Of a DNA stretch of 32,000 bases, positions 17,854 to 26,117 are shown one piece after another (position 1 is the first letter of the stretch; every line of letters starts with the position of its first letter). The translations under genes were made by a program, and so were the position numbers. The DNA is from Erysipelothrix inopinata. Lineage in GTDB: Bacteria; Bacillota_I; Bacilli_A; Erysipelotrichales; Erysipelotrichaceae. Under the pieces are notes generated by a model. The model ran no database searches. It was not told the origin of the DNA and saw only the letters and a program-made list of their open reading frames with translations. The stretch is from positions 1,170,001 to 1,202,000 of the forward strand of contig NZ_CP060715.1 in NCBI RefSeq assembly GCF_014396165.1. The letters are read 5' to 3'.

Positions 17854-17876
17854 GAGACAAAAAAGAAATTTGTCTC
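17854..17876. promoter_or_regulatory. Inverted repeat GAGACAAA-N7-TTTGTCTC, candidate TetR operator
   Basis: Perfect 8-bp arms located in the divergent region between tetR and the DHFR-family gene. Confidence 0.45.
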
Positions 17877-17931
17877 TTATACTTTGTTTAAGTTTATCAT
17901 AGAATAAGAAGGCAGAGAAGGAGAAAACATT

Positions 17932-18465
17932 ATGTCAAAAGTTAAATTATTTATCGCAATCAGTTTGGATGGTTATATTGCTACAGAATCAGGATCAATT
18001 GAATGGTTGAATCACTTTCCTCAAGATGAAGTGGATGATTCATACGAGACGTTTTATAACTCCATTGGAAACGTCATTATGGGAAGCACGACTTACCGTC
18101 AGATAACTGAAGAGCTCGCTGATGTTTATCCTTATGCAGATAGTAAGTCATATGTACTGACATCACAGACTTTCAAACCAGCGGATGGTGTTACATTTGT
18201 AAATAAAAATGTATCGGATGTAGTTAAAGACATAAAATCAGATAATGATTCTGATATTTGGATTGTAGGTGGAAGCAGTATTGTGAAACCACTTGTCGAG
18301 AATAATGAAATTGATGAATACATTATCGCCATAGCACCAATGTTACTGGGTAAAGGCATTCCACTCTTTAAACATATGAATGAATCTCTAACCCTGAATC
18401 TTATAAATACCTATCGTAAAAATCAACTTGTATATCTTAGCTATGAAAAGAAACCCCTTAAATAA
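17932..18465 (+). CDS. Dihydrofolate-reductase-family (RibD C-terminal domain-like) protein
   Basis: GAAGGAG sits upstream of the ATG. MSKVKLFIAISLDGYIATESGSIEWL and WIVGGSSIV are typical of this family. Confidence 0.8.
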   Translation: MSKVKLFIAISLDGYIATESGSIEWLNHFPQDEVDDSYETFYNSIGNVIMGSTTYRQITEELADVYPYADSKSYVLTSQTFKPADGVTFVNKNVSDVVKDIKSDNDSDIWIVGGSSIVKPLVENNEIDEYIIAIAPMLLGKGIPLFKHMNESLTLNLINTYRKNQLVYLSYEKKPLK

Positions 18466-18996
18466 TTTTAAGGGTTTTGTATGATTAACGACTACCGTAT
18501 ACTTATCTATCAGGTGAATATCTGTCAGTAGGGGAGCAAAGCTATAAAGTTTATGATTGAATTCTAAATCTTGCTGATGTGCAAATGAGTTTAACGATTT
18601 GAGGTCAATACGAATACCAACACCTATGGTTTTTAGAAGTGCCTCTTTTTGACACCAAACTTGATAAAAGTTTGCGATATCATTCTTCGCGAAAATTTGT
18701 TCCTCATCCGCATAATAACGATTGCTAATTGCTTCAAATTTTCTTTCTTTATGAAACTCGCAGTCAATACCAATTGGGCTTGATGAGCACGCAATCACGA
18801 GAAGGTCATTTGAGTGGGATAAAGAGAAAAAGAAAGGGTTATGAATAATATATGGTTTTCCAAATTCGTCTCGAATTATTTTTTCAGCAGAAAAATCGGG
18901 ATCAAAATTCTGCAGAGAATTCACGAGGAATTGATTATTTTCTGCTGCAGATAGGTTCTGAGTTGAGAAGACATAGTCGTATAAATTAAGGTTCAT
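18388..18996 (-). CDS. Sfp-type 4'-phosphopantetheinyl transferase
   Basis: Motifs FGKPYI, FSLSHS, PIGIDCE and WCQKEALLKTIG (the W/F-x-x-KE-A-x-x-K PPTase signature). The 3' end overlaps the convergent gene by 78 nt. Confidence 0.8.
   Translation of the reverse strand: MNLNLYDYVFSTQNLSAAENNQFLVNSLQNFDPDFSAEKIIRDEFGKPYIIHNPFFFSLSHSNDLLVIACSSSPIGIDCEFHKERKFEAISNRYYADEEQIFAKNDIANFYQVWCQKEALLKTIGVGIRIDLKSLNSFAHQQDLEFNHKLYSFAPLLTDIHLIDKYTVVVNHTKPLKLFKGFLFIAKIYKLIFTIGIYKIQG
18454..18478 (+). terminator. Rho-independent terminator of the DHFR-family gene
   Basis: CCCTTAAA-taat-TTTAAGGG followed by TTTT. The stop codon lies in the loop. Confidence 0.6.
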
Positions 18997-19079
18997 AATG
19001 GTCTCCTTAGTTAGATAATAATATCACGAATCTGTAAAGAAGGACACTGGATTGATGTGAAAGGATACACAAAGAAAAA

Positions 19080-19094
19080 TGATAATGATTATCA
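19080..19094. promoter_or_regulatory. Fur-family (Fur/PerR) 7-1-7 box TGATAAT-G-ATTATCA abutting the -35 TTGACA of ahpC
   Basis: This is a perfect inverted repeat identical to the B. subtilis Fur-type 7-1-7 consensus TGATAATNATTATCA. TTGACA follows immediately at 19095-19100. The site is about 60 nt upstream of ahpC. Confidence 0.6.
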
Positions 19095-19156
19095 TTGACA
19101 ATATCATTAAGTTGTACGAAAATAGAAGTAGGTGAAAACCGTTAGAGGAGGAAATT

Positions 19157-19720
19157 ATGTCATTAATTGGAAAAACTATTGAAGCATTTAAAGCAAATGC
19201 TTATCATAATGAAGAATTTATCGAGGTTACAGACGAAGACTTAAAAGGTCATTGGTCAGTGGTATGTTTCTATCCTGCTGATTTCTCATTTGTATGCCCA
19301 ACTGAACTTGCAGACTTACAAGAACAGTATCCAGCACTTCAAAAACTTGGCGTTGAAGTATACTCTGTTTCAACAGATACACACTTTGTACACAAGGCAT
19401 GGCATGACCATTCAGATGTTATTAATACATTAGAGTACATCATGATTGGCGATCCATCACAATTCATTTCTCGCAGTTTTGATGTTTTAGATGAAGCAAA
19501 CGGTCTTGCACAACGTGGTACATTTATCATTGACCCAGATGGTGTTGTTCAAGCTATGGAAATTAACTCAGATGGTATCGGTCGTGATGCAAGTACTTTA
19601 ATTGATAAAGTTAAAGCAGCGCAATACGTACGTAAACATCCAAATGAAGTTTGTCCAGCTAAATGGAAAGAAGGAGAAGAAACACTTACTCCAGGACTTG
19701 ATTTAGTAGGAAAAATTTAG
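19157..19720 (+). CDS. ahpC: Alkyl hydroperoxide reductase subunit C (typical 2-Cys peroxiredoxin)
   Basis: GAGGAGG upstream of the [17 protein letters not shown] carries the peroxidatic Cys and EVCPAKW the resolving Cys. Length is 187 aa. Confidence 0.95.
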   Translation: MSLIGKTIEAFKANAYHNEEFIEVTDEDLKGHWSVVCFYPADFSFVCPTELADLQEQYPALQKLGVEVYSVSTDTHFVHKAWHDHSDVINTLEYIMIGDPSQFISRSFDVLDEANGLAQRGTFIIDPDGVVQAMEINSDGIGRDASTLIDKVKAAQYVRKHPNEVCPAKWKEGEETLTPGLDLVGKI

Positions 19721-19731
19721 TGAGCAAAACC

Positions 19732-21255
19732 ATGTTAGATGAAACAATAAGAAAACAACTCACAGCTTATGTTGAATTGTTAGAAAATAATGTTACGTTT
19801 AAAGTAAGTCTTGACGAAAGTGACGCTTCACAAAAATTGAAGTCTTTTGTTGAGGAAGTAAAAACACTTTCTCCTAAAATTAGTTTAGAAATGACAAAAC
19901 TAGAACGAACACCAAGCTTTATGATTAATCAAGGCAATCAAGATTCTGGAATTGTATTCGCAGCTGTTCCACTGGGACACGAATTAGAATCATTTGTTCT
20001 TGCGCTACTTCAAGTTGGCGGACGTGCACCTAAGATTGATGATAAGGTACGTAAACGTATCGAGTCGATTGATCGTGAATGTCATTTCGAAACCTATATG
20101 AGTTTATCATGTCATATTTGTCCTGACGTTGTTCAGGCCATCAATATCATGGCGGTCTTGAATCCTAAAGTTACGCATACCACAATCGATGGTGGTATGT
20201 TCAAACAAGAAATTGAGGATCGCGCTGTCATGGCCGTTCCAACTGTATTTATGAATGGTGAAGAGTTTGCTAGCGGTAGAACTTCACTTGATGACATGCT
20301 TGAAATGATTATGGGTGCACAAGAAATTGATGTGGATATTACAAAACCATATGATGTTGTTGTGGTAGGTGGCGGTCCTGCAGGAGCAAGCTCCGCAATC
20401 TATGCAGTTCGTAAAGGATTGCGTGTTGCCATGATTACGGATCGTATGGGTGGACAAGTTCTTGAAACCATGGGAATTGAGAATGTTATTGGAACACCTT
20501 ATACAGAAGGTCCTAAACTTGCTCGTTCACTGGAAGCACATCTTGATGAATATCCTGTCGATATTATCAAATCAAGAACCGTAAAATCCTTAAACAAAAC
20601 GGATCAATTCGAAATTACACTAGATAACGATGCGGTTCTTACAAGTAAAACTGTGATTGTCGCTACGGGAGCACGTTGGCGTAATGTTAACGTACCTGGG
20701 GAACAAGAATTCAAGAATAAAGGTGTTGCTTATTGTCCACACTGTGATGGTCCTATTTTCGAGAACAAACGTGTTGCAGTAATTGGTGGTGGAAACTCTG
20801 GTATTGAAGCTGCTATCGATCTTGCTGGAATTACAAAGCATGTTACGGTTTTGGAATTTATGCCAGAACTTAAAGCAGATGAAGTACTTCAAAAACGTCT
20901 CCACTCACTTAAAAATGTGACTGTGGTAACCAATGCACAAACAACTGAAATTCATGGAGATTCCAACGTCAACGCGTTGTCCTACAAATCTCGTGAAACA
21001 GGTGTTGAAGAGAAAGTTGAACTTGAGGGTGTCTTCGTCCAAATCGGTCTCATGCCTAATACGGAATGGTTGGGAGATATGGTTGAGAAAACACGAATCG
21101 GTGAAATTGTCGTTGATTCGAAAGGTTCAACAAGTCTACCAGGATTGTATGCTGCAGGAGATTGTACTGACAGTGCCTACAAGCAAATCATTATTTCAAT
21201 GGGTTCAGGTGCAACCGCTGCACTTGGAGCATTTGATTATTTAATCCGAGATTAA
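19732..21255 (+). CDS. ahpF: Alkyl hydroperoxide reductase subunit F
   Basis: The N-terminus MLDETIRKQLTAY matches the AhpF start. Motifs: the N-terminal-domain CHICPD redox pair, the FAD-binding motif VVVVGGGPAG, CPHCDG and VIGGGNSG. The track start at 19720 is a GTG that overlaps the ahpC stop. Confidence 0.95.
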   Translation: MLDETIRKQLTAYVELLENNVTFKVSLDESDASQKLKSFVEEVKTLSPKISLEMTKLERTPSFMINQGNQDSGIVFAAVPLGHELESFVLALLQVGGRAPKIDDKVRKRIESIDRECHFETYMSLSCHICPDVVQAINIMAVLNPKVTHTTIDGGMFKQEIEDRAVMAVPTVFMNGEEFASGRTSLDDMLEMIMGAQEIDVDITKPYDVVVVGGGPAGASSAIYAVRKGLRVAMITDRMGGQVLETMGIENVIGTPYTEGPKLARSLEAHLDEYPVDIIKSRTVKSLNKTDQFEITLDNDAVLTSKTVIVATGARWRNVNVPGEQEFKNKGVAYCPHCDGPIFENKRVAVIGGGNSGIEAAIDLAGITKHVTVLEFMPELKADEVLQKRLHSLKNVTVVTNAQTTEIHGDSNVNALSYKSRETGVEEKVELEGVFVQIGLMPNTEWLGDMVEKTRIGEIVVDSKGSTSLPGLYAAGDCTDSAYKQIIISMGSGATAALGAFDYLIRD

Positions 21256-21283
21256 AAAAAACTAAAAAAATGTTTTCAATTAA

Positions 21284-21312
21284 TTGACATCGAAAACCAG
21301 ATAAAATAAAAT
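21284..21312 (+). promoter_or_regulatory. Sigma-A-like promoter upstream of purB: TTGACA, 17 nt, TAAAAT
   Basis: The -35 hexamer matches the consensus, the spacer is exactly 17 bp, and the -10 matches at 5 of 6 positions. Confidence 0.5.
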
Positions 21313-21362
21313 AAAAAAGTATTTTACTGAAAATGTCTGAAAGCATCATATGATTCTTAACT

Positions 21363-21390
21363 AAGGGGTATTGACACATTACCCCTTTTT
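21363..21390 (+). terminator. Intrinsic-terminator-like hairpin in the purB 5' leader
   Basis: AAGGGGTA-ttgacacat-TACCCCTT followed by a T-run. It ends about 10 nt before the purB SD (GGAGGG at 21401). Confidence 0.55.
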
Positions 21391-21409
21391 CTATTCTTTA
21401 GGAGGGTTT

Positions 21410-22840
21410 ATGTCACATAAAATATACGATTCACCACTTTCAAAACGCTATTCTGGTGATCAAATGAAGTATCTTTTTTCGGAAGATAAGAAATTTAAAA
21501 CATGGCGAAAACTATGGATTGCACTTGCTGAATCTGAGAAGGAACTCGGGTTAAAAATTACTTCGGAGCAAATCGAGGAATTAATTCGATTCAAAGATGA
21601 TTTAAATTTAGAAGTTGCTCAAGCAAGAGAAAGGGAAGTTCGTCATGATGTTATGAGTCATGTCTATGCATATGGTGTTCAATGTCCCCTTGCCGCACCC
21701 ATTATTCATTTAGGTGCAACATCTTGTTTTGTTGGCGATAATACTGATCTCATCGTTATGGTTGAAGGATTGGAGCTCGTGCATAAAAAGATGATCCAAG
21801 TTATACGAATTCTATCGCAATTCGCTCTTGAACAGGCTGATCAACCGACATTAGCCTTCACTCATTTTCAAGCGGCACAACCTACGACAGTTGGTAAACG
21901 TTGTACACTTTGGATTCAAGATTTGATGATGGATCTTGAAGATGTTGAGTATTTATTAAGTAAAAAGAAATTGCTAGGATCTAAGGGTACTACCGGAACG
22001 CAAGCTAGTTTTTTAGAACTTTTTGATGGAAATCACGAAAAGGTTAAGGCGTGTGATTTGATGATTGCGAAAAAAATGGGATACGAAACCGTATTTGATG
22101 TTTCGGGTCAGACTTATTCACGTAAAGTAGACAGTCAAATCTTATCAGTACTGAGTGGAATTGCCCAATCCGCTACAAAATTTTCAAACGATATTAGATT
22201 ACTACAACATTTGAAAGAAGTTGAGGAACCCTTTGCTAAATCGCAAATAGGATCTTCAGCCATGGCATACAAGCGAAACCCAATGAGAAGTGAAAGAATG
22301 GCATCTCTTGCGCGGTATGTGATGGTGGATGCACATAATCCGGTCATTACAGCCTCAACACAATGGTTTGAAAGAACATTAGATGATTCAGCAAACAAAC
22401 GTATTAGTATCCCTGAGGCTTTTTTAGCGATTGATGGTGTTTTGAATCTTTATGCAGATATCGCTGACGGATTGGTTGTTTATCCTAAAATAATAGAGAA
22501 ACATCTTAACGAAGAATTACCTTTTATGATGACTGAAAACATCCTTATGGATGCGGTTAAGGCTGGAGGTAATCGTCAAGATTTACACGAAGAGATAAGA
22601 CGCCTTTCGATGGAAGCGGGTCGAGTTGTGAAAGAAGAAGGAAAAGAGAATGATTTGTTAGAACGAATCGCATCGGATCCAAAGTTTAATCTTACAAAAG
22701 ACCAACTTGATGCGCTCAGTGATCCAAAACTTTATGTGGGAAGAGCACCAGAACAGACTCATGAGTATATCGAGAATGTAGTAAAACCTAAAATTAATAA
22801 ATGTAATTCTGAAACAACCATAGAAACGATTAAATTATAA
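21410..22840 (+). CDS. purB: Adenylosuccinate lyase
   Basis: GGAGGG precedes the ATG at 21410. The N-terminus SPLSKRYS, the segments GSKGTTGTQASF and HFQAAQPTT, and the signature GSSAMAYKRNPMRSE are all present. Confidence 0.95.
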   Translation: MSHKIYDSPLSKRYSGDQMKYLFSEDKKFKTWRKLWIALAESEKELGLKITSEQIEELIRFKDDLNLEVAQAREREVRHDVMSHVYAYGVQCPLAAPIIHLGATSCFVGDNTDLIVMVEGLELVHKKMIQVIRILSQFALEQADQPTLAFTHFQAAQPTTVGKRCTLWIQDLMMDLEDVEYLLSKKKLLGSKGTTGTQASFLELFDGNHEKVKACDLMIAKKMGYETVFDVSGQTYSRKVDSQILSVLSGIAQSATKFSNDIRLLQHLKEVEEPFAKSQIGSSAMAYKRNPMRSERMASLARYVMVDAHNPVITASTQWFERTLDDSANKRISIPEAFLAIDGVLNLYADIADGLVVYPKIIEKHLNEELPFMMTENILMDAVKAGGNRQDLHEEIRRLSMEAGRVVKEEGKENDLLERIASDPKFNLTKDQLDALSDPKLYVGRAPEQTHEYIENVVKPKINKCNSETTIETIKL

Positions 22841-22851
22841 GGAGAATATTT

Positions 22852-24129
22852 ATGGCAAAAGCAATTGTAGGAGCTTGTTGGGGTGATGAAGGTAAAGGGA
22901 AAATCACAGATATGCTTGCAGATCAATGTGACATTGTAATTCGTTACCAAGGCGGAAGTAATGCTGGACATACAATCATTAATGAGTATGGAAAGTTTGC
23001 ACTGCACCAGTTGCCATCGGGAGTCTTTCATCAAAACATTACCAATGTTATTGGCAATGGCGTGGCATTGAGTGTGGAAAACTTTACTTCGGAGCTTGAA
23101 ACACTGATCGATCGAGGTGTTCCTAAACCTAAATTAATGGTATCGGATCGATGCCAAATTGTAATGCCATACCACAAGGAATTAGACCGACTGGAAGAAG
23201 ACCGACTTTCAGATCAAGCGTTTGGATCAACGAAATCAGGGATTGCACCTTTCTATTCAGATAAGTATGCAAAACTTGGGTTTCAAGTCAGTGAATTATT
23301 TGATGAGGAATCAGTACTTCGTAATAAAATAGAAAAAGTTCTCGCAATTAAGAATGTATTGTATACAAATCTCTATCATGTTGAACCACTTGATGCTGAA
23401 GAAATATTCAAGAAATTAATGGAATATAAGGAGGCTTTAGCTCCGTATGTTGCAGATACGTTTGACTACTTATACCATGCAATTCAAGACTATAAAGAAA
23501 TCTTGTTGGAGGGACAATTGGGATCATTGAAAGATCCTGATCATGGTATCTACCCTATGGTTACATCCTCATCAACACTTGCAGGATTTGGAAGCGTAGG
23601 CGCTGGGATTCCTCCTTACGAAATTAAAGAAGTCATCACTGTGGTAAAAGCATATTCTTCTGCGGTTGGAGCAGGAGAGTTTGTAAGTGAGATATTCGGT
23701 GAGGAGGCTGATGCATTACGTCGCAATGGCGGTGATGGTGGCGAATATGGAGCAACAACGGGACGACCAAGACGCATGGGATGGTTGGATCTTGTAGCAT
23801 CTCGTTATGGCTGTCAACTCCAAGGTGCCACATCCGTTGCCTTTACAGTTGTGGATGCACTCAGTTACTTGGATGAAATTCCAGTCTGTGTTGCATACGA
23901 ACTTGATGGTAAAGAGATTAGTCATTTTCCATCGACGACACTTCTTAAACGTTGTAAACCTGTTTGGAAAGTATTGCCAGGTTGGAAGGAAGATATTCGT
24001 GGTATCCGAAAATTCGAAGATCTACCAACTAATGCACAAAACTACATTCTCTTTGCAGAAAAAGAATTGGGAGTGTCGATAGATTATGTATCGAATGGTC
24101 CATCTCGATCAGATATAATATTAAAATAA
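22852..24129 (+). CDS. purA: Adenylosuccinate synthetase
   Basis: The GTP-binding P-loop GACWGDEGKGKITD, GGSNAGHT and YGATTGRPRR are present. Confidence 0.95.
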   Translation: MAKAIVGACWGDEGKGKITDMLADQCDIVIRYQGGSNAGHTIINEYGKFALHQLPSGVFHQNITNVIGNGVALSVENFTSELETLIDRGVPKPKLMVSDRCQIVMPYHKELDRLEEDRLSDQAFGSTKSGIAPFYSDKYAKLGFQVSELFDEESVLRNKIEKVLAIKNVLYTNLYHVEPLDAEEIFKKLMEYKEALAPYVADTFDYLYHAIQDYKEILLEGQLGSLKDPDHGIYPMVTSSSTLAGFGSVGAGIPPYEIKEVITVVKAYSSAVGAGEFVSEIFGEEADALRRNGGDGGEYGATTGRPRRMGWLDLVASRYGCQLQGATSVAFTVVDALSYLDEIPVCVAYELDGKEISHFPSTTLLKRCKPVWKVLPGWKEDIRGIRKFEDLPTNAQNYILFAEKELGVSIDYVSNGPSRSDIILK

Positions 24130-24131
24130 TT

Positions 24132-24160
24132 AAAGCCACAAATTGTGGCTTTTGCTTTTT
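24132..24160 (+). terminator. Rho-independent terminator after purA
   Basis: AAAGCCACA-aat-TGTGGCTTT followed by TGCTTTTTT. Confidence 0.7.
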
Positions 24161-24201
24161 TGTGTGAAGTCATTGCATTCAAGATAATCATTTTTATTTC
24201 G

Positions 24202-24210
24202 TGGTATAAT
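24202..24210 (+). promoter_or_regulatory. Extended -10 element TGgTATAAT
   Basis: TG lies one base upstream of a consensus TATAAT, about 20 nt before the ATG at 24231. No good -35 was found. Confidence 0.4.
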
Positions 24211-24230
24211 TGAAAACAGGGTGAAGCAAA

Positions 24231-25082
24231 ATGAAAAAACTTATAACAATTATATTGGAAGTAATTTTAATCCTTGCATGTGTTGGGTACGCAGGGTCTA
24301 AATTTGGTGTGAAATCACTTGATTCAGTCGATACAATGATGGTTTCGTTGAAGTCGCAAATAGAGAGTGAAATTACGGAATCAATCAGTCAGGTGGAATA
24401 CCTTGTTCCAGTTGAACATCAAGAAGAGTTTTCGAAAGTCATTGAATCTGTTGGTAAAAGTGACCAAGTAGATGCCATGATTAACAAGTATTCACAGAGT
24501 TTTCTAAAAGATGTCGCTTCTAAAAATGGTGCTACCATGGATATAAACGCAGAAGTTGACCAATTTATTTCGGACAATGAAACGGAAATTAAAGCTTCTA
24601 TGGGAAACAATGTTCCCGAAGAAGTTAAGTCACAAGTTATTACTGAAATGAGAACTAAAATAGATTTTGAAAAGCACTATAAAGATGTTGTGGAATACAC
24701 ACAAAAGAAACTATCCCCTGGACAAATGGAAGCTTTGGATACTGTGAATGAATTAATTGTGAATTCAGAGTCTTATCCAATGATTGCTGCAGCAACAATA
24801 GCTGCGAGTCTTGTGTTAATAATTCTAATTAATATTAAAAACAGATTTGGAATTGGTTATATCGGTACAGCACTCGTCATAAGTGGGATAACATGTTTTG
24901 GATTATCACTCATTATGCCTTCTTTTGTTGAGAGCTCACTTGTCAGAATTCCATTTGAAATCGATGCATCTCAAATTCCATATGCAATGCTTAAAAATTA
25001 TGGATACATTTATGGTGGAATTGGATTAGTATTAGTTATCATCAGTTCAGTTATGAGTCGTTATGAAGTTGTGGATGCTTAG
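24231..25082 (+). CDS. Membrane protein of unknown function (N-terminal TM, about 160-aa helical region, three C-terminal TM)
   Basis: Based on the hydrophobicity pattern. A weak SD (GGGTGAAG) precedes the ATG. No family was recognised. Confidence 0.6.
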   Translation: MKKLITIILEVILILACVGYAGSKFGVKSLDSVDTMMVSLKSQIESEITESISQVEYLVPVEHQEEFSKVIESVGKSDQVDAMINKYSQSFLKDVASKNGATMDINAEVDQFISDNETEIKASMGNNVPEEVKSQVITEMRTKIDFEKHYKDVVEYTQKKLSPGQMEALDTVNELIVNSESYPMIAAATIAASLVLIILINIKNRFGIGYIGTALVISGITCFGLSLIMPSFVESSLVRIPFEIDASQIPYAMLKNYGYIYGGIGLVLVIISSVMSRYEVVDA

Positions 25083-25090
25083 GAGATTGT

Positions 25091-26059
25091 ATGAATATTG
25101 AAAAAGTAATCATTCACTCGTTGGATGAATCGTTACGAGTGTTAATGTTATCAGAATCGCAAATTAATTTAGTTAAAACACCAGAAGTTGAGGCTTACTC
25201 AGAAAAGTTTGTAAAAGGTTTACTGAAAAGTACAACATCAACACATGGAAAACTGACTGAAAATAGCATTTACCAAACTTTGATTAATGCACCTTTGAAC
25301 TTTGTAGAAACGTCTCAGAAAATTGCGCAATCATGGTTTTCCACGTATACCAGTAGAATGGAATATCCTTCTCTAAACTGTTTAATTGTTCAAGTTGAAA
25401 TTGAAGATGTTATTTGGTTAGCTCTTTTTGAAATTGAAAGTAAAAGCGGCTATTTGAAAATTACAGAAAATAATCCTAATCTTGAAAATAAAGTAATTTA
25501 TAATCATGCCATTTTACCTGAATCTTTTGCGAGTGTGAAAGCAGCATGGATGTTGAATTTAAGTACAGGCGAAGTATGTGTTAGAGGTAATCGAGACTAT
25601 AAAGAAATTATTCAAGAACTTGTTGGGTGTGATCTTGTCGCGAATAACAAAGATTCGTATAAAGTTGTCGATTCTTTAGTCGGATATTTGTCTGAAGTTC
25701 GCGATGAAGAAACTGTTAAGAACAGTATGAAGGCAAAACAAATTATTCAGGATAATCTTGAACTTCTGGAAGAGATTAGCGCTGATGCACTCTTAAATGA
25801 GGTTTTTGGGGATTTTGAAGAGCATGAAGCTACAATGATTGAAACTACACTTGAATATGAACGGGTTGAGAATCCTATCAATTTGAAAGAACTCAATCGA
25901 ACATCACTTGCTAAGAAGCAACGCATTAAGACAGAATCAGGGATTGAAATTATCTTGCCGATTGATGTTTTAGATGTGAATGATGTACTTGATATCAAAA
26001 CTGATGAAAGTGGTCGAGTCTCAATTGAACTCAAGAATATTGGAAAAATAATTGAATAA
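25091..26059 (+). CDS. NdpA/YejK-like nucleoid-associated protein (tentative)
   Basis: The N-terminus MNIEKVIIHSLDES and the length (322 aa) fit the NA37 family pattern. The gene starts 8 nt after the preceding stop, with a GGAG SD. Confidence 0.5.
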   Translation: MNIEKVIIHSLDESLRVLMLSESQINLVKTPEVEAYSEKFVKGLLKSTTSTHGKLTENSIYQTLINAPLNFVETSQKIAQSWFSTYTSRMEYPSLNCLIVQVEIEDVIWLALFEIESKSGYLKITENNPNLENKVIYNHAILPESFASVKAAWMLNLSTGEVCVRGNRDYKEIIQELVGCDLVANNKDSYKVVDSLVGYLSEVRDEETVKNSMKAKQIIQDNLELLEEISADALLNEVFGDFEEHEATMIETTLEYERVENPINLKELNRTSLAKKQRIKTESGIEIILPIDVLDVNDVLDIKTDESGRVSIELKNIGKIIE

Positions 26060-26061
26060 TA

Positions 26062-26085
26062 AAAGCACCTCCGAGGAAGTGCTTA
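26062..26085. terminator. Hairpin between convergent genes; the T-run is better on the minus strand
   Basis: AAAAGCACCTCC-ga-GGAAGTGCTT. On the minus strand it is followed by TTTTATTATT. Confidence 0.5.
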
Positions 26086-26117
26086 CTGTAAGTTAAGAGC
26101 GAAGCTTTTAACTTTTT

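Noticed and set aside
21313-21409. Purine or ZTP riboswitch in the purB leader
   Set aside because: The leader is only about 90 nt and lacks the conserved purine-aptamer loops and the ZTP pfl-motif cores. Only a plain hairpin terminator is evident.
24181-24195. GATAATCATT upstream of the 24231 gene as a second Fur-type site
   Set aside because: It is only a half-site match in very AT-rich DNA with no dyad partner, so chance is the likely explanation.
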